DNA from: Chiloscyllium plagiosum
Lineage: Eukaryota
Direction of reading: 5' to 3'
Assembly (NCBI RefSeq): GCF_004010195.1
Contig: NC_057728.1
Location: forward strand, 43,229,431 to 43,293,430
Length of the DNA: 64,000 nucleotides
Shown: positions 39,801-52,612 of the stretch, one piece after another
Numbering within the stretch: position 1 is the stretch's first letter
Layout: every line of letters begins with the position of its first letter
Position numbers and translations under genes: made by a program
The notes under the pieces: generated by a model
What the model saw: only the letters and a program-made list of their open reading frames with translations
What the model was told of the DNA's origin: nothing
Database searches by the model: none

Positions 39801-42800
39801 TCAATATTCCTAAGGGTTCTGCCATTCACTGTATAATTTCCATCCATACTTGACCTTCCAAAATGCATCACTTCACATTTGTCCGGATTTAACTCTGCCT
39901 GCCATTTTTTTGATCATGCCTCCAACTGATTTATATTCTGCTGTATCCTCTGACAATCCTCCTCACTACCCACAACTCTTTGTAACATCTGCAAACTTAC
40001 TATTTAGACCAGCCATGTTTTTCTCCAAGTCATTACGAACAGCAGAAGTCCCAGCACTGATCCCTGTGGAACACCACTAATCACAACCCTCCATTCTGAA
40101 AAGCATCCTTAGAGTGCTATCCTATGTCTCTTATGACTAAGCCAGTTCTGAATCCACCTTGCCAACTCACCCCTGAAGCCATGTGACTTCACTTTTTGTA
40201 CCAGTCTGCCAGAAGGGAACTTGTCAAAGGCTTTACTGAAGTTCATTTAGACAACATGGAAGAGGGCTTTACCCTCATCAATCATCTTTGTCACCTCCTG
40301 AAAAAACTCAATCAAGTTTGTGAGGCACAACCTCCCCAGCATGAAACAATGCTGTCTATCTCTAATAATTCTATTTGCTTCTAAATGCATACAGATCTTG
40401 TCTCTGAGAATCTTTTCCAATAATTTCCCGACCACCGACATTAGGCTCCCAGGTCTGTAATTGCCTCGATTTTCTCTGCTACTCTTCTGAAGCAATGGGA
40501 CAACATTGGCCATTCTCCAGTCCTTTGAGACCTCACCTGTTGTCAAAAAGGATCCCAATGATAGATGTTATGCTAACTGGCCTGCAGCTTCCTGCTATCT
40601 ACGTCACTCCTTTTTACTCCTTTTTTTGAATAAAAAGTTACATTCACTATTTTCCAATCTAGTGGAATCTTCTCCACTTTTAGGGAATTTTGTAAAATTG
40701 GAACCAATGTAACAATTATTTAATTATCCACTACTTTTAAGACCATAGGATGAAATCCACTAGGACCTGAGGGTTGTTCAGTTTGCACCCTGAACAATTT
40801 ATCAGTACTACTTCCCTGGTAATTGTAGTTTTCTTGAGTTCCTCATTCCTTTTCATTTCTTAATTTACACTTCTTTCTGGGATGTTATTCGCAACCTCCA
40901 GAGTGAATATTAATGAAAAATACCTGTTCAATTCATCTTCCATCACCTTATTTTCTATAATTAATTTTCTGCCTTTCGCAGACGTCTTGCGTTTTGATGG
41001 AGTGGTACTTTTTCCCAAAAACCATGAACTGGGGCTCTTGCTGGAGTCAGGGGTTTACCAGGGGCCAGAGTCCATGATGTTTGCCCACAGTCATTAGCTG
41101 CAGCTTCTATATGGGAAAATGTAGTGACTGCGATTGTTAACTTTGAATCTTAGATTGTGACTCGAGATGCCTTAAAAAGGGTAGTAATAGCCGAGTTAAA
41201 ACATTCCTGCTATTGTCTATGAAATTGAAATTCATTAGCTATGACCTCAAGTCTGTGGAACTTTGTTTCAGCTGATGGCTTCTTCTGTATTATGTGTTGT
41301 CAACTTATGCCAGTTGTAATTTAAATATTGTGACATCTAGAAAATTAATACTTCACTTGAGTGTTGCAGTTTTAAGTTTAATAAAAAGGTTAATGATCAT
41401 TAAGGGCTCTGGACAGGATGAGCCAGCTAACCACGGCACCATGATGCAGAAGGCCATTCAAGAGGGGGGAGCAAAAAGACAAGTAGTTGTCATAGGGGAT
41501 TCTATAATTAGGGGGACAGATAGTATCCTATGCAAGCTGGATTGGGAGTCTCGCATGGTGTGTTGCTTGCCCGGTGCCAGGGTGCGGGATATCTCCGACC
41601 GGCTTGAAAGGATATTGGAGCGGGTGGGGGACTAACAACATAGGCAAAGCTAGGGTGCAGGACCTGTTTGGAGATTATCAAATACTAGGAAGGAAATTGA
41701 AGTACAGGTCCTCAAGGGTCATAAACTCTGGATTACTGCCCGAGCCATGTGCCAATTGGCATAGGGATAAGAAAATTAGGGAAGTAAACACGTGGCTAAG
41801 GGATTGGTGTGGGAAAGAGGGATTCCATTTCATAGGGCATTGGCATCAGTTTTGGAACCGGGGGGATCTGTACCGTTGGGACAGTCTCCACCTGAACCGA
41901 TCTGGTATCAATGTTCTAGCGAAGAGGATAAATAGAGTGGTCAGTAGGACTTTAAACTTCTGAGTTGGGGGGAAGGGAAAGTGAAAGCGACAGGGAGTAT
42001 GGAGTTAAATGGAAAGATAAACAGGAGGATAGCATGGATGCAGGTGGATTTAACCTTGAGGCAGATTAGGATTACAAGCAAAAGGAAGGATAACTTTGGA
42101 CATCTTATGACTTCCAATATCGCTAATGATAAGAATGTTAGCATTAAGGCACTTTACCTGAATGCTCGTAGCATTCGTAACAAAGTAGATGAACTTAAGG
42201 CACAGATCATCGTGAATGATTATGATGTGGTAGGAATCACAGAGACATGGTTGCAGGGGGTTCAGGACTGGCAGTTAAACATCCAAGGATTTACAACTTA
42301 TTGAAAAGACAGGGAGGTGGACAGAGGGGGCGGGCTGGCCTTGTTAGTTAAGAACAAAATTAAATCTATGGCATTGAATGACATAGGGTCGGATGATGTG
42401 GAGTCTGTGGGGTTGGAATACAAAGGCAGAAAAACCATAGTGGGAGTTATGTACAGACCTCCTAACAGTGGTCAGGACCAGGGGCGCAACATATACTGGG
42501 AAATAGAGAAGGCATGTCAGAAAGGCAAGGTCACGGTGATCATGGGGGACTTCAATATGCAGGTGGACTGGGTAAATAATGTTGCCAGTGGATCCAAAGA
42601 AAGGGAATTCTTGGAATGCTTACAGGATGGCTTTTTGGAACAGCTTGTCATGGAGCCCACAAGGGAGCAGGCTATTTTGGACCTAGTGCTATGTAATGAA
42701 CCAGACTTTATAAAAAATCTTAAAGTAAGGGAACACTTAGGAAACAGCGATCATAATATGGTAGAGTTGAGACTGCAGTTTGAAAGAGAGAAGGCAAAAC

Positions 42801-45800
42801 GGATGTAATGGTGTTACAGTTAAACAAAGGTAATTATGANNNNNNNNNNNNNNNNNNNNNNNNNNNNNNNNNNNNNNNNNNNNNNNNNNNNNNNNNNNNN
42901 NNNNNNNNNNNNNNNNNNNNNNNNNNNNNNNNNNNNNNNNNNNNNNNNNNNNNNNNNNNNNNNNNNNNNNNNNNNNNNNNNNNNNNNNNNNNNNNNNNNN
43001 NNNNNNNNNNNNNNNNNNNNNNNNNNNNNNNNNNNNNNNNNNNNNNNNNNNNNAAACGTCGACTCTCCTGCTCCTCGGATGCTGCCTGACTGTCATTGGG
43101 TGGTGGTTAAAGGGAGGAAAAGACACAAAAAACCAAAAGTCACTCAGTTGTGTGTAACAGCACTTCTCAGAGTCAGTAAGAAAAAAATAAACGCTGTGGT
43201 CATGTGCCAATAGATGCGCAGCTGGAAGAGCAAAGCAGGTCAGTGGTTCGATGCCAGACAATGAGTTTCGGTTTGGGACAGATTGTCGGAAGGTAATTTG
43301 TAAATGAACGTACTGGAACTGCTTTCTTTGAAGTATAGGTGTTGGGCCAGGACATGACACTTTACCAGTTTTACTTTCTTCTAGGTGGTCAAGGAGAAGG
43401 CAAAGTCAAGAAATCGGGGCAGGATGTATACACGTAATGGTAGGGTCCTGGGGAGTGTTGCTGAACAAACTGACCTTGGGCTGCAGGTTCATTGTTCCTT
43501 GAAGGTGGAATCGTGGGTAGACAGGGTAGTGGAGAAGGTAGTTGCTATGTTTGCGTATGTTGGTCAGTGCGTTGACTATAATAGTTGGGAGGTCATGTTG
43601 CAGCTATACAGGATATTGGTTAGGCCACCTTTGGAATACTGCGTTCAGTTCTGGTCTCCCCACTACAGGAAGTGCCAAGCGGTGTCCTGCAGGGCTCAGT
43701 GTTGGGGCCGCAGCTGTTCACGTTATATATTAATGATCTGGATGAAGGGACTGGGGGCACTCTAGCGAAGTTTGCCGATGATATGAAGATAGGTGGACAG
43801 GCAGGTAGTACTGAGAAAGTGGGGAGGCTGCAGAAGGATCTAGACAGTTTAGGAGAGTGGTCCAGGAAATGGCTGATGGAATTCAATGTGAGCAAATGCG
43901 AGGTCTTGCACTTTGGAAAAAAGAATACAAGCATGGACTACTTTCTAAACAGTGAGAAAATTCATAAAGCCAAAGTACAAAGGGATCTGGGAGTGCTAGT
44001 CGAGGATTCTCTAAAGGTAAACATGCAGGTTGAGTCCGTGATTAAGAAAGCGCATGCAATGTTGTCATTTATCTCGAGGGTTGGAATATAAAAACAGCGA
44101 TTGCTACTGAGACTTTATAAAGCTCTGGTTAGGCCCCATTTGGAGTACTGCGTCCAGTTTTGGGCCCCACACCTCAGGAGGGACATACTGGCACTGGAGT
44201 GAGTCCAGCGGAGATTCACACGGATGATCCCTGGAATGGTAGGTCTAACATACGAGGAACGGCTGAGGATCCTGGGATTGTACTCATTGGAGTTTAGAAG
44301 GTTAAGGGGAGATCTAATAGAAACTTACAAGATAATACATGGCTTGGAAAGGCTGGACGCTAAGAAATTGTTTCCATTAGGCGGGGAGACTCGGACCCGT
44401 GGGCACAGCCTTAAAATTAGAGGGTGTCAATTCAGAACAGAAATGCGGAGACATTTCTTCAGCCAAAGAGTGGTGGGCCTGTGGAAGTCATTGCCGCGGG
44501 GTGCAGTGGAGGCCGGGACGCTAAATGTCTTCAAGGCAGAGATTGATAAATTCTTGATGTCACAAGGAATTAAGGGCTACGGGGAGGATGCGGGTAAGTG
44601 GAGTTGAAACGTCCATCAGCCATGATTAAATGGCGGAGTGGATTCGATGGGCCGAATGGCCTTACTTCCACTCCTATGTCTTATTATTGAATTTTTCTAA
44701 TTCTGCTTCATATACAATTCCAAATATCCCATATGTCAACACAGAGAAGTATGATTACAAGGTGACTGTATCACCTAATCCATAAGTTAGTGAAAATGAA
44801 AAAGGAGCCTGAAAACCAAGACACTGACTCCAAAAAAATCTAACAGAAGTACTCCAGAAAACCTCATAAGGAGTCCTAAAAATTGTTACAGTTCTCGATA
44901 AAGAGACAACATTTTACAAATAATTAGAGTTATCCTGCTAGTATTGAAATGTTCTCTAAATAGTTATTAAAACATGGTGAAAGGTTACTTTTGAGTGAGT
45001 GACTAACAGATACATTTTGATTGAACTAACATTGTGAAACTGGCACAAAGGTACATTTTACACACTGAGTTCACATGAATCACTGTTTTTCTCGTCCTCT
45101 TATTTCCAACCCTATTTTAAGGCCTCTTTTTATGTGCATTGGTCATTTGTGGAGGAAGACTTCAATCTGATAGTTTAAAATTCTGTTACTTCCTCCTCTC
45201 AATAAAATACTAATCATTATTCAGAACGAGGAGTTCTTATTTTGAAAAGTGTAAAACTGTCGACATTAAAAGTCTGAAAATACAACAGAAAATATTGAAA
45301 ATACTCAGCTTGTCAGAAAGCATTTTTAGTGAGAGAAACAGAATTAACAATTCATACTGATGGTCTATTGTCAGTATAACAATTTGCAATGTTAATTGTT
45401 TCCTCTCCCTGACCTGGTATTTCCAGATAAATAAAACTTTTTTAGTGCTTATATAAACTATAACTTTCCTTATGGGGAATCAATAGGTCGGAATATTAAT
45501 GGAGGAGAAAAAAAAAGAGAAAAAAAGCATAAATAATTTTGTAAATACAGTGGCCCAGATCTTCTGATTGGAAAATTGCCATTGCTGAAGCATCAACTAC
45601 AGTTGCTTGTCAGGACCCTATGAATGTCCTGATACAACTGATGCTGTGAGAATTGCCCGAGAAGTTGAAGCTTCCCGTGGATGTTACGCAAATTTGGTAG
45701 TCTCTGAAAAACTCCCGGTTTTAGACACAGACACATTTGAACGTTTCTGACTTACTTAACTTAAGACCCTGTCATCTGAAATTTGTTCCTTTAGTATTTT

Positions 45801-48800
45801 TCTTTCGCAGCTGGAGGGGAATATCTTTGGTACACTATTAGCCTTATTATATTCAAAGGACAGTGAGTTTCTAAAAACATTTATAAAAATGTTTTAAAAG
45901 TATATATCGATATTTTAAAAGTAGGCTACTGTATGAATCCATAAGTAAATTCACATATAAAACATAAACAGAGACATGTATTATACAATATATTAAATTT
46001 GTACGCATAGCAATGGTTCTGGGAAATATTGAACTAACTACCTCACACACTTCCATTAGATTTCCGACATAGTACTTCAGCATACATTCTGATCTATTCT
46101 GAGGAATACCACATATTTTACACATGTATACAGTTTTTCCATTAAGCTAAAAGGAAATGTTTAATGAATCACTTGTTTTTCAAACAGCAGTAATAGATCT
46201 CTCACCTTTAATCTCATGTTGGCTTAATTCTCTTCTCTTCTCCAATTCTTTTCGATCATAGTTCAAACGTTTCAAGCACATAATACCATACTGTAGACTT
46301 GTCCTGAACAAGAACAATACAACAGTTATGACAATATTTGCAAGTTGCTTTCAAAATAAATTAATAAAATTCAAAACATAATCAAAGACCTTTTGATTAT
46401 GGGTTAAATGTTGAGATCTGCATGTCAGTGATCTCTCGTGATGATCTCACCAAAGCTTCAGGAAATTAAATACACCAGATGGGTTTTCACATCACAATTG
46501 TTACAATTTAAAGAATTCTTCAACTTTGCAAACTACAGACAGCAATTCCCGATTTCTGTACTCCACAAACAACAAACTGGGTTGGGGGGGGATTTGTCCC
46601 AGTTAACAGGTGGATGAAAAATGCAGCCAGCATTTTTCCCATCTTTGGGGATCTAGAATGCGATCAGAACGCCAAGTTGGATCCCACAACCATCAGAAAA
46701 TGGGCTGGCTCATTTGTGTTCAAATGGAGATACAGAATCACTGTTTTCCTACCAGCCTTGGATGACTCAAATGCATAATTTCCTTCCTAGTTTTGTCTTG
46801 TCTTACATCAATAGTGTTCTTTGGAGCAGGTAGACCTCTGCTAGAGAATGCCATGAGCTTGGGGCCCAGCATATAACTTTTGGTAGGAATATACTGGAAG
46901 ATCTGTAGATTTTAACTTGCTGAAGTCAACCCATTAATAAATAAAAGTACACTTCCACAGCTGCAAACCAGTTTATTTTACAAATGGAGAGAGATTTTTA
47001 AAAAAATCAAACATACCGATGAAAGCTATCAACCATTTTTAAATGAATACGAAGATCCTTCTTTGTCAAATGATCCAGCATTCTAGCATCTACCAGGCAC
47101 TCCATGAAGTAGCTACGATACTGTGGTAATCCTAGGCTAGGAAGCCATTCATTACCAATCCATTCATGATTCATGTCACCATAAGCCAATGTCTGACAGA
47201 AAATGTAAGAACATGTTTATCCAAATTCATTTGCCCATTACGAGTTAACAAATAAAAACAAGTTTTAAAAAAACAAACAGTTTATAGTACATAATCATGT
47301 AGCCTTCTATTTCCTAATTTTAACAAACAGCATGAGTAAACAGTGGCAGTATGTCAAGAAAAAGCATTACAGAAATATTTCTGTTATTAGTGTATTGAAC
47401 CCTGCCCACCTTTCAAGGACAGATTGAAAAATCTGAATGAAAAATGTGATTATTATGACCATTAAGGGATTTGAGTAGCATTTTGTAATGACACATTGTA
47501 ATAGCAGATATTTGACATATTGTTACTATGTTTGTGAGAAATAATTTCCACAGTACTATTGAGACTATTTTGCATATGTGGGCTGGTAGAAATTGGCCTG
47601 TTGCAGTACTGTCAATCGTCTTTCTGACCTGTGGAAAAGTTTTACATTTTTAAAGAAATACTTGAGTCAAATACTCATCACAGACTAAGACCCTTAGTTA
47701 AGTTATAAATCACTTCCCACTGATAGAGCAACCTGGATGTCAGGAACACACCAGTGTTTCCAGGTCCAACATTGTTACATCACAAATGAAGGGAAATAAA
47801 TCAAATGATATACTTTTGTCATTTCCATTTTCACGACAAAATACTTGCATGTATTTGCCATCTTGAAACTGGCAATGAACATTAAGCAGCTAGCAGGTGT
47901 ATTGCATTCTGCTTGCATTGTTGGGTATCGTGTAATTTGTGAAAAATTCTATCCAATCAACTTAAGAAAAGTGAAAAAATTTAGAAATCACAATACATGT
48001 AGAAGCAAATAGGACAGGTGAAGAAGCAGTTTTAAAATAATGAATCTTACTTGAGCAAAGCAAATGGGTGAATAACTTGGAAGAGGGAAATAAGGACATA
48101 TGCAAATTTTTAAATTTCCCTTTACTGTCTATATTCATTTCACGAGGTAAAAACAATGACTGCAGATGCTGGAAACCAGATTCTGGATCAGTGGTGCTGG
48201 AAGAGCACAGCAATTCAGGCAGCATCCGAAAAGCTTCGAAATCGACGTTTCGGGCAAAAGCCCTTCATCAGGAATAAAGCCGAAACGTCGATTTCAAAGC
48301 TTTTCGGATGCTGCCTGAATTGCTGTGCTCTTCCAGCACCACTGATCCAGAATCTATATTCATTTCACAGCAACTTTAAACTGGGTGCTATTCAGTTTTA
48401 TAGTACATGCAGAATTTTTGCACCAGTGAGCACACAAGTACAAGTTATAGGCTTATATTTAGTGTTTAGGGAAAATAAATATGAGAAACAGCACAATATG
48501 AAAAATGGGAATATAGATGTCAAAACCTCCCAGATGTGTCAAAGCAACTCTGAGAAATATGCCATCTAAACACAGGTGAAACCATCTTACTTCATGTATT
48601 TTAACGTCTTGCATTTATTGCTTAAACATTTATTGATAGTCCCCAAAATTTAAGTGATAACTTTATATGACAAGGAAACACATTTATACTTTGAGGGACC
48701 AATGTCTGAATATGATGGGTCCTGTGAAACCAAGTCTACTAACTGTTCAACAAAGGGACAAGAGGTTTCATGAAGTCCATGAGTCAGTATAAGATGGTAC

Positions 48801-49602
48801 TGAGTTGGCAGAGAGGTTATAAAAGATGGATTGGTATGGAGAATAAGAGAGGTGTTGGGGCAGGTAGAAGGGCAAAATTTGGAATTAGGGCTATGAAGAG
48901 CCATGTGCATGTGTAGAAAGGTATACGTTGACATGGGGTAACAAGAACATAAATGGGAGGAGAGAGGGTGAGGTTTGGATGGCTATTCTTTGTTTTATTT
49001 TCCACTGGGTCAAAGTGCCAGTGCACTGTGGTCAGCTGTTCATACAGCCTGCTTCCACATCTGGCAGCCCCTATTGTTGCTTCTGCAACGTACTTCGGGA
49101 CAGTGCAACTGACTCCCATTAACACCTGTCAGTCCAGAATGAAAGTCTGTCTATCCAACATACTTTCTCCAGAGTCAGGTTTGTGGAGTATTTTCCTAAC
49201 ACAGTATTCCAACTTAGCACTGAAAATTCAGGCCTATGATTTACCCTTACAGAATATCCACCTGACATTAGATACCTTTCCAGGTTTGTGAGTAAAAGCT
49301 CATGACAGGATTTTTGCTGAATTTATGCTAATGGAATAATCCTGCAGATATTCAGGCGGCCATTTCTTCCACTTCTCTTTGCAGATAAGAAACATTATTT
49401 ACTTCAAGCTCATTGAAACTAGAAATGATAGTCTGAATAAATATAATATACAAAAAAAGGACTGCTAATTAGATACTTTCCACTGTTCAGTATAAAATCA
49501 TTTCATAACACTGAGGATTAAATCACATATGCACTAAAATCTTCAAGCTAAATTATGTATTTTAACATGCATTACCTGAGCCCAACTGCCTTCTTCAGAC
49601 TC
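18730..49602 (-). CDS. PPFIA2: Liprin-alpha gene (PPFIA2-like), partial: six coding exons covering SAM2-SAM3 and the C-terminal tail
   Basis: Six AG..GT-bounded exons join with compatible phases (0,2,1,0,0,1) into [20 protein letters not shown]...[14 protein letters not shown]...[14 protein letters not shown]...[33 protein letters not shown]...[29 protein letters not shown]. The last motif matches my recollection of PPFIA2 rather than PPFIA1/3/4. Confidence 0.9.
20742..21519. mobile_element. Poseidon-type Penelope hairpin (about 285-bp inverted arms around a GIY-YIG fragment), 15-bp TSD
   Basis: TTTACAAGGATGTTG at 20727-20741 and 21520-21534; [20 protein letters not shown] in ORF 21024..21251; about 20740-21022 is the reverse complement of about 21198-21483. 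Confidence 0.88.
20774..20813 (-). ncRNA. Minimal hammerhead ribozyme motif, sense to the PPFIA2 pre-mRNA
   Basis: Minus strand: GCA-CTGAGGA-t-GTCaCC tagaca GGgGAC-GAAA-CGTC-TGC; all core nucleotides present, helix I GCA/TGC. Confidence 0.72.
21601..21911 (-). mobile_element. Full-length HE1/V-SINE
   Basis: tRNA-like head (gcggcacggtggctcagtgg...gttcaattcc), V-domain core, tagat tail. Confidence 0.88.
22673..22741 (-). CDS. PPFIA2: PPFIA2 exon ([23 protein letters not shown])
   Basis: tttcttcag|GCAAGA ... GATGAT|gtgagt; 69 nt; phase 0/0. Confidence 0.94.
23611..23862 (+). mobile_element. Poseidon-type Penelope 3' end
   Basis: [28 protein letters not shown] (GIY-YIG C-terminus) followed by a pLTR. 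Confidence 0.8.
23785..23824 (+). ncRNA. Minimal hammerhead ribozyme motif
   Basis: TCA-CTGATGA-t-GTTAC ttagtatg GTGAT-GAAA-CGTC-TGA; helix I TCA/TGA. Confidence 0.72.
25380..27556 (+). mobile_element. Poseidon-type Penelope (25380-26165 and 27445-27556) with a short inverted 5' piece, nested in CR1
   Basis: Same GIY-YIG region as 9994-10400; pLTR resumes at 27445 with a hammerhead-like motif at 27481-27520 (CCA/TGG helix I, GAAA mutated to AAAA). Confidence 0.8.
26166..27443 (+). mobile_element. 5'-truncated CR1 nested inside the Penelope element
   Basis: [29 protein letters not shown]; ctctatgactc tail. Confidence 0.88.
30500..31368 (+). mobile_element. Old CR1-like endonuclease-region remnant
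   Basis: [10 protein letters not shown] and DFILTNL-like motifs; resembles the family at 2335-4090. Confidence 0.5.
31630..31845. mobile_element. Tc1/mariner (pogo/Tigger-type) MITE with TA TSD
   Basis: TA|CAGGTAACCC ... GGGATACCTG|TA; removing it restores the host CR1 sequence cacacaatattccaa. Confidence 0.8.
32320..32489. mobile_element. Short Penelope-derived hairpin insertion, 15-bp TSD
   Basis: CACCACTGGTCACAG at 32305-32319 and 32490-32504; palindromic arms. Confidence 0.85.
32996..33215 (+). mobile_element. Degraded Neptune-type GIY-YIG fragment
   Basis: [19 protein letters not shown], similar to 52200-52430. Confidence 0.6.
33240..34720 (-). mobile_element. Old CR1 ORF2 remnant
   Basis: [23 protein letters not shown] in ORF 33102..33332 and further RT-like fragments. 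Confidence 0.7.
35958..36133 (-). CDS. PPFIA2: PPFIA2 exon, SAM3 ([59 protein letters not shown])
   Basis: tcttcag|ATGCAATA ... ACACAG|gtaaac; 176 nt; overlaps ORF 35928..36125. Confidence 0.95.
36390..36672 (-). mobile_element. HE1/V-SINE
   Basis: Similar to 21601-21911. Confidence 0.8.
38231..38459. mobile_element. Short Penelope-derived hairpin insertion, 15-bp TSD (1 mismatch)
   Basis: ACCTGGCAAC(T/C)TCAG at 38216-38230 and 38460-38474; centre cttcatcaggaaacatgcttcctgatgaag. Confidence 0.85.
39117..40555 (-). mobile_element. 5'-truncated CR1
   Basis: ORFs 40247..40558, 39492..39677 and 39361..39633; aacaaagaacaa tail. Confidence 0.88.
41404..44685 (+). mobile_element. CR1 LINE (ORF1 esterase, endonuclease, gap, RT/3' end); 43090-43670 contains unrelated fragments
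   Basis: [39 protein letters not shown]; cctatgtctt tail. Confidence 0.85.
45268..45427. mobile_element. Highly decayed older Penelope-type hairpin remnant
   Basis: Imperfect inverted arms resembling the termini of the 51116-52612 element. Confidence 0.4.
46206..46303 (-). CDS. PPFIA2: PPFIA2 exon ([32 protein letters not shown])
   Basis: ttgttcag|GACAAGT ... ATTAAAG|gtgag; 98 nt; phase 2/1; not in the ORF track. Confidence 0.95.
47017..47192 (-). CDS. PPFIA2: PPFIA2 exon, SAM2 ([59 protein letters not shown])
   Basis: ttttctgtcag|ACATTG ... CATCG|gtatgt; 176 nt; overlaps ORF 47007..47189. Confidence 0.95.
48144..48352. mobile_element. Short Penelope-derived hairpin insertion, 16-bp TSD
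   Basis: TCTATATTCATTTCAC at 48128-48143 and 48353-48368; near-perfect arms; intact hammerhead core on the minus strand at 48240-48275 (CTGATGA-a-GGGC tttt GCCC-GAAA-CGTC). Confidence 0.88.
49576..49602 (-). CDS. PPFIA2: PPFIA2 27-nt microexon (ESEEGSWAQ)
   Basis: Minus strand reads ttcttaag|GAGTCTGAAGAAGGCAGTTGGGCTCAG|gtaatg; phase 0/0; peptide matches the liprin-alpha SAM1-SAM2 linker. Confidence 0.88.
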
Positions 49603-49857
49603 CTTAAGAATTACCAGAAAGTACAATTAATAAAAATGCAAAGTTAACAGGCTTTGAAAATGAAAATTGTAAAATATGTATTTATGAACAAAACAGTTTC
49701 ACAAGTTTCACATGAGTGTTGTTCATTTAATTGTAAAAAGCTGTAAGTTTGATTATTATTATATAAAAGGTTCTTTCAAAATTAAATATTGTATATCTTA
49801 ATGTTTTTACAAATCGTATAACTTATGTTATGTAAATACATATTATTATGTAAGATA

Positions 49858-50620
49858 TAAAGAACAGAAACAGGCCATTCAGCCTAACTAGTTCACGAGC
49901 ATTCTCTGATCTTTTCTCAAATAATTCTATATTGCTTGCTTTCTCAAATTATTGTCTAGCTTCCCCATTAAATGCACCTACACTATTTGTTTGAAACATT
50001 TGTTCTGTTAATGGGTTTCAAATTCTTAATACTCTTTGGATAAAGAAGTTTTGTTTGAATTTCCAGTTGGATCTCGGTGAACATTTGATTTTGATGGATT
50101 TCGGTAATGCTATTCCTCACAAAAGGAAACATTCTCTCTGTATCCAATCGATCAAAACCTTTAATAATTTTAAAGATCTCTGTTACATCACCTATCAACT
50201 TCAATATCAAGAGAAAAGAGATTGAGTTTCTGAATTTTTTCCTAATATGTGTATCCACACAGTTCAGACTTTTCTTGTAAATGTTTCCTCCACCCTCTCC
50301 AGTACCTCTATATCTTTTCTATAATAAGGTGACCATAATTATACATGGTACTTTACATCGGGTTTAATCAAGTTTTGAGAAAGGTTTGGTGTAACTTCTG
50401 TTACATCAAATTCTATCCCTCTTGAAGTAAAGTCCATTGCTTAGTTTGCTTTTTTATGGTCCTCGTAATCTTTGACACAACTTTTAGTAATTGATGTTTA
50501 TGTACTCACCCAACCCATCTAGATTAGGTTGTTTCTCTAACCTGCTTATTCCAAGTAATAAGTGACCACCCTATTTCTTCCCATGAATAGGCATTATCTC
50601 ACTTTTATCTGTGTTGACTT
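49858..50620 (-). mobile_element. Ancient CR1/L2 3' remnant
   Basis: LIGDVTEIFKIIKGFDRLD in ORF 49983..50258. Confidence 0.65.
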
Positions 50621-51115
50621 TTTTTCAAACTTTGATTTCCCTATTCAATAATAATCAGCTTAAATACACTCATATTCCATCAGAATTCTCTACGTTATTC
50701 AATGGAAATGAACAATCTTATTAAACACAGAAAGGTGAGTCAAACATTTGAAAAAAAACATGCAAGAATTATAACGTGACATTTCATACAGCGTTCCAGA
50801 AGTATTCAAGAATTGCCAGTCATTTCTCTGGAACTTCAGTTTTGTCTGAGTTATTTCAATTTGCTTTCAAATGGCCCCAAGGTAAAGTTCAAAACTTCAG
50901 AATTTAGATACTGTGATAAATACCTAATTTTACTATAATTGTTATAGTTTGTTTCAAAATATGTTTGAAGTTGTTGGTTGATAGAATTTATTACATCAAT
51001 TATCATGGCCACAAGGTAGCAAGTCGAGATTTTAATTGGATTATCAATCTGGGAAAAAGAGATTTAGAGTGAGCATTGATATGAGAAAGAAGAAAAAGAA
51101 TGATGATGACTTTGA

Positions 51116-52612
51116 GGAAAAAAAGAACTCCGGATGCTGGAAATCAGAAACAATATCAGAAATAGCTGGAAAATCGCAGTAGGTCTGGTAGCATCTGTAA
51201 AGTAGAGTCAATATTTTGGGTCCAGTGACTGTTCTTCAGAACTGATTGTAACTTGGAAAAGGTTGGTATATATGCTCGAGAAGGGTTGGGAGGGAGTAAA
51301 TAATAGGTGGAAATGGAGCTCATAGTGAGAAAAAAACAGTTGGCCACACAACCCATTGGGTAAAGGCCAGCTTGAAAAATTTAATAGCTACTAAGGGGGA
51401 CTGTTAGTGGCTAACAATGGGTTGTTTTTGGTAGCAGAGCCAATAGAATGTGGAACTAGAAAAAACACAGCAGGGCACGTAGCATCTGAGAAGCAGGGGA
51501 GATGACTTTTCAGGTCGGAACCTTTCATCAGGACTGGGGAGGAGAAAGGGGATTGAGAAACAAATAGAGGGAGTGGGTGGGGCTGGGGGAAGGTAGGTGC
51601 CATGGTGATAGGTGGATGCAGGTAGGAGGTGATACTAATTGGTCAGTGGGAAGGGTGGAATGGATAGATGGGAAGGAGACTATGTGATGACAAGGCCTAG
51701 GGTATGGAGGTTGGGGTAAAGACATAGGAGAAGGTGCTCAGGGCCTCAAATTATTGAACTTGATATTGAGTCCAGCAGGTTGTAGGGTTCCCAAGCAGAA
51801 AAGGAGGTGCTGTCCTTCCAACTTGCGTTGAGATTTATAGGAGACCTGTAGCAAGCCCGAGGCAGCAATGTTGGCCAGGGAACATGATGGTGTGTTGAAA
51901 TGTTAAGCAACTAGAACTTCAGGTGGAATGGTGAGTGAGGATGAGGGCTACCCTAATGCTGTTGTGGGGCAGCACCACATCCCAATGATTATTAGTTGCC
52001 ATTCCACCACCTCTAGCAGATGTGGATAGCCACTACCTGATATATGTTCTCCTACCCTCCCTTGTCAGTCTTCCTCAGAAAACTTTGGTCCACTTCTCCC
52101 AACACCTCCCCACACCTCCATGGCACCTTTTCCTGCAATTTCAGAAGGTGTAATACCTGCCAATTTACTTCCAATTTCCTTAGTGTTCAAGGCCCAAGAC
52201 ATACCTTCCAGGTGAAGCAGCAATTTACCTGCACTTTACTCAATCTAAGACTACCATAATTGCTTCTCACAACATGGTCTTCTCTACACTGGGGAGAAGA
52301 AACACAGACTGGGTGACTGTTTTTCAGTACACCTGTATTCTTTCCACAAAAATAGCCCTGAGCTTCTGGTTGTCTATGTTTCATGACTGAAATCTCTGTG
52401 TCGGGCTTGCTACAGTGCTCCAGCGAAGCTCAGAGCAAGAACAGCATCTCATTTTTTACTTGGGAACCCAATTTACTTAATGCTTGTTAGCTTAGAAATT
52501 GCTCAGTGCATAATAAGTTTATGCATCTACCTTTTCCTATCTACAATCAGTTCTGAAGAAGGGTTCCTGGACCAGAATGCTGCCAGACCTGTTTAGTTTT
52601 TACAGCAATTTC
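51116..52612. mobile_element. Older Neptune-type Penelope in inverted arrangement, 15-bp TSD (1 mismatch), with a nested related piece at about 51447-51715
   Basis: TGATGATGA(C/T)TTTGA at 51101-51115 and 52613-52627; GTFSCNFRRCNTC Cys linker plus GIY-YIG start (52044..52259); decayed CTGAAGA motifs near both ends. Confidence 0.72.

Noticed and set aside
47193..47215. Upstream alternative acceptor adding a few residues before TLAYG
   Set aside because: No AG at a suitable in-frame position immediately upstream.
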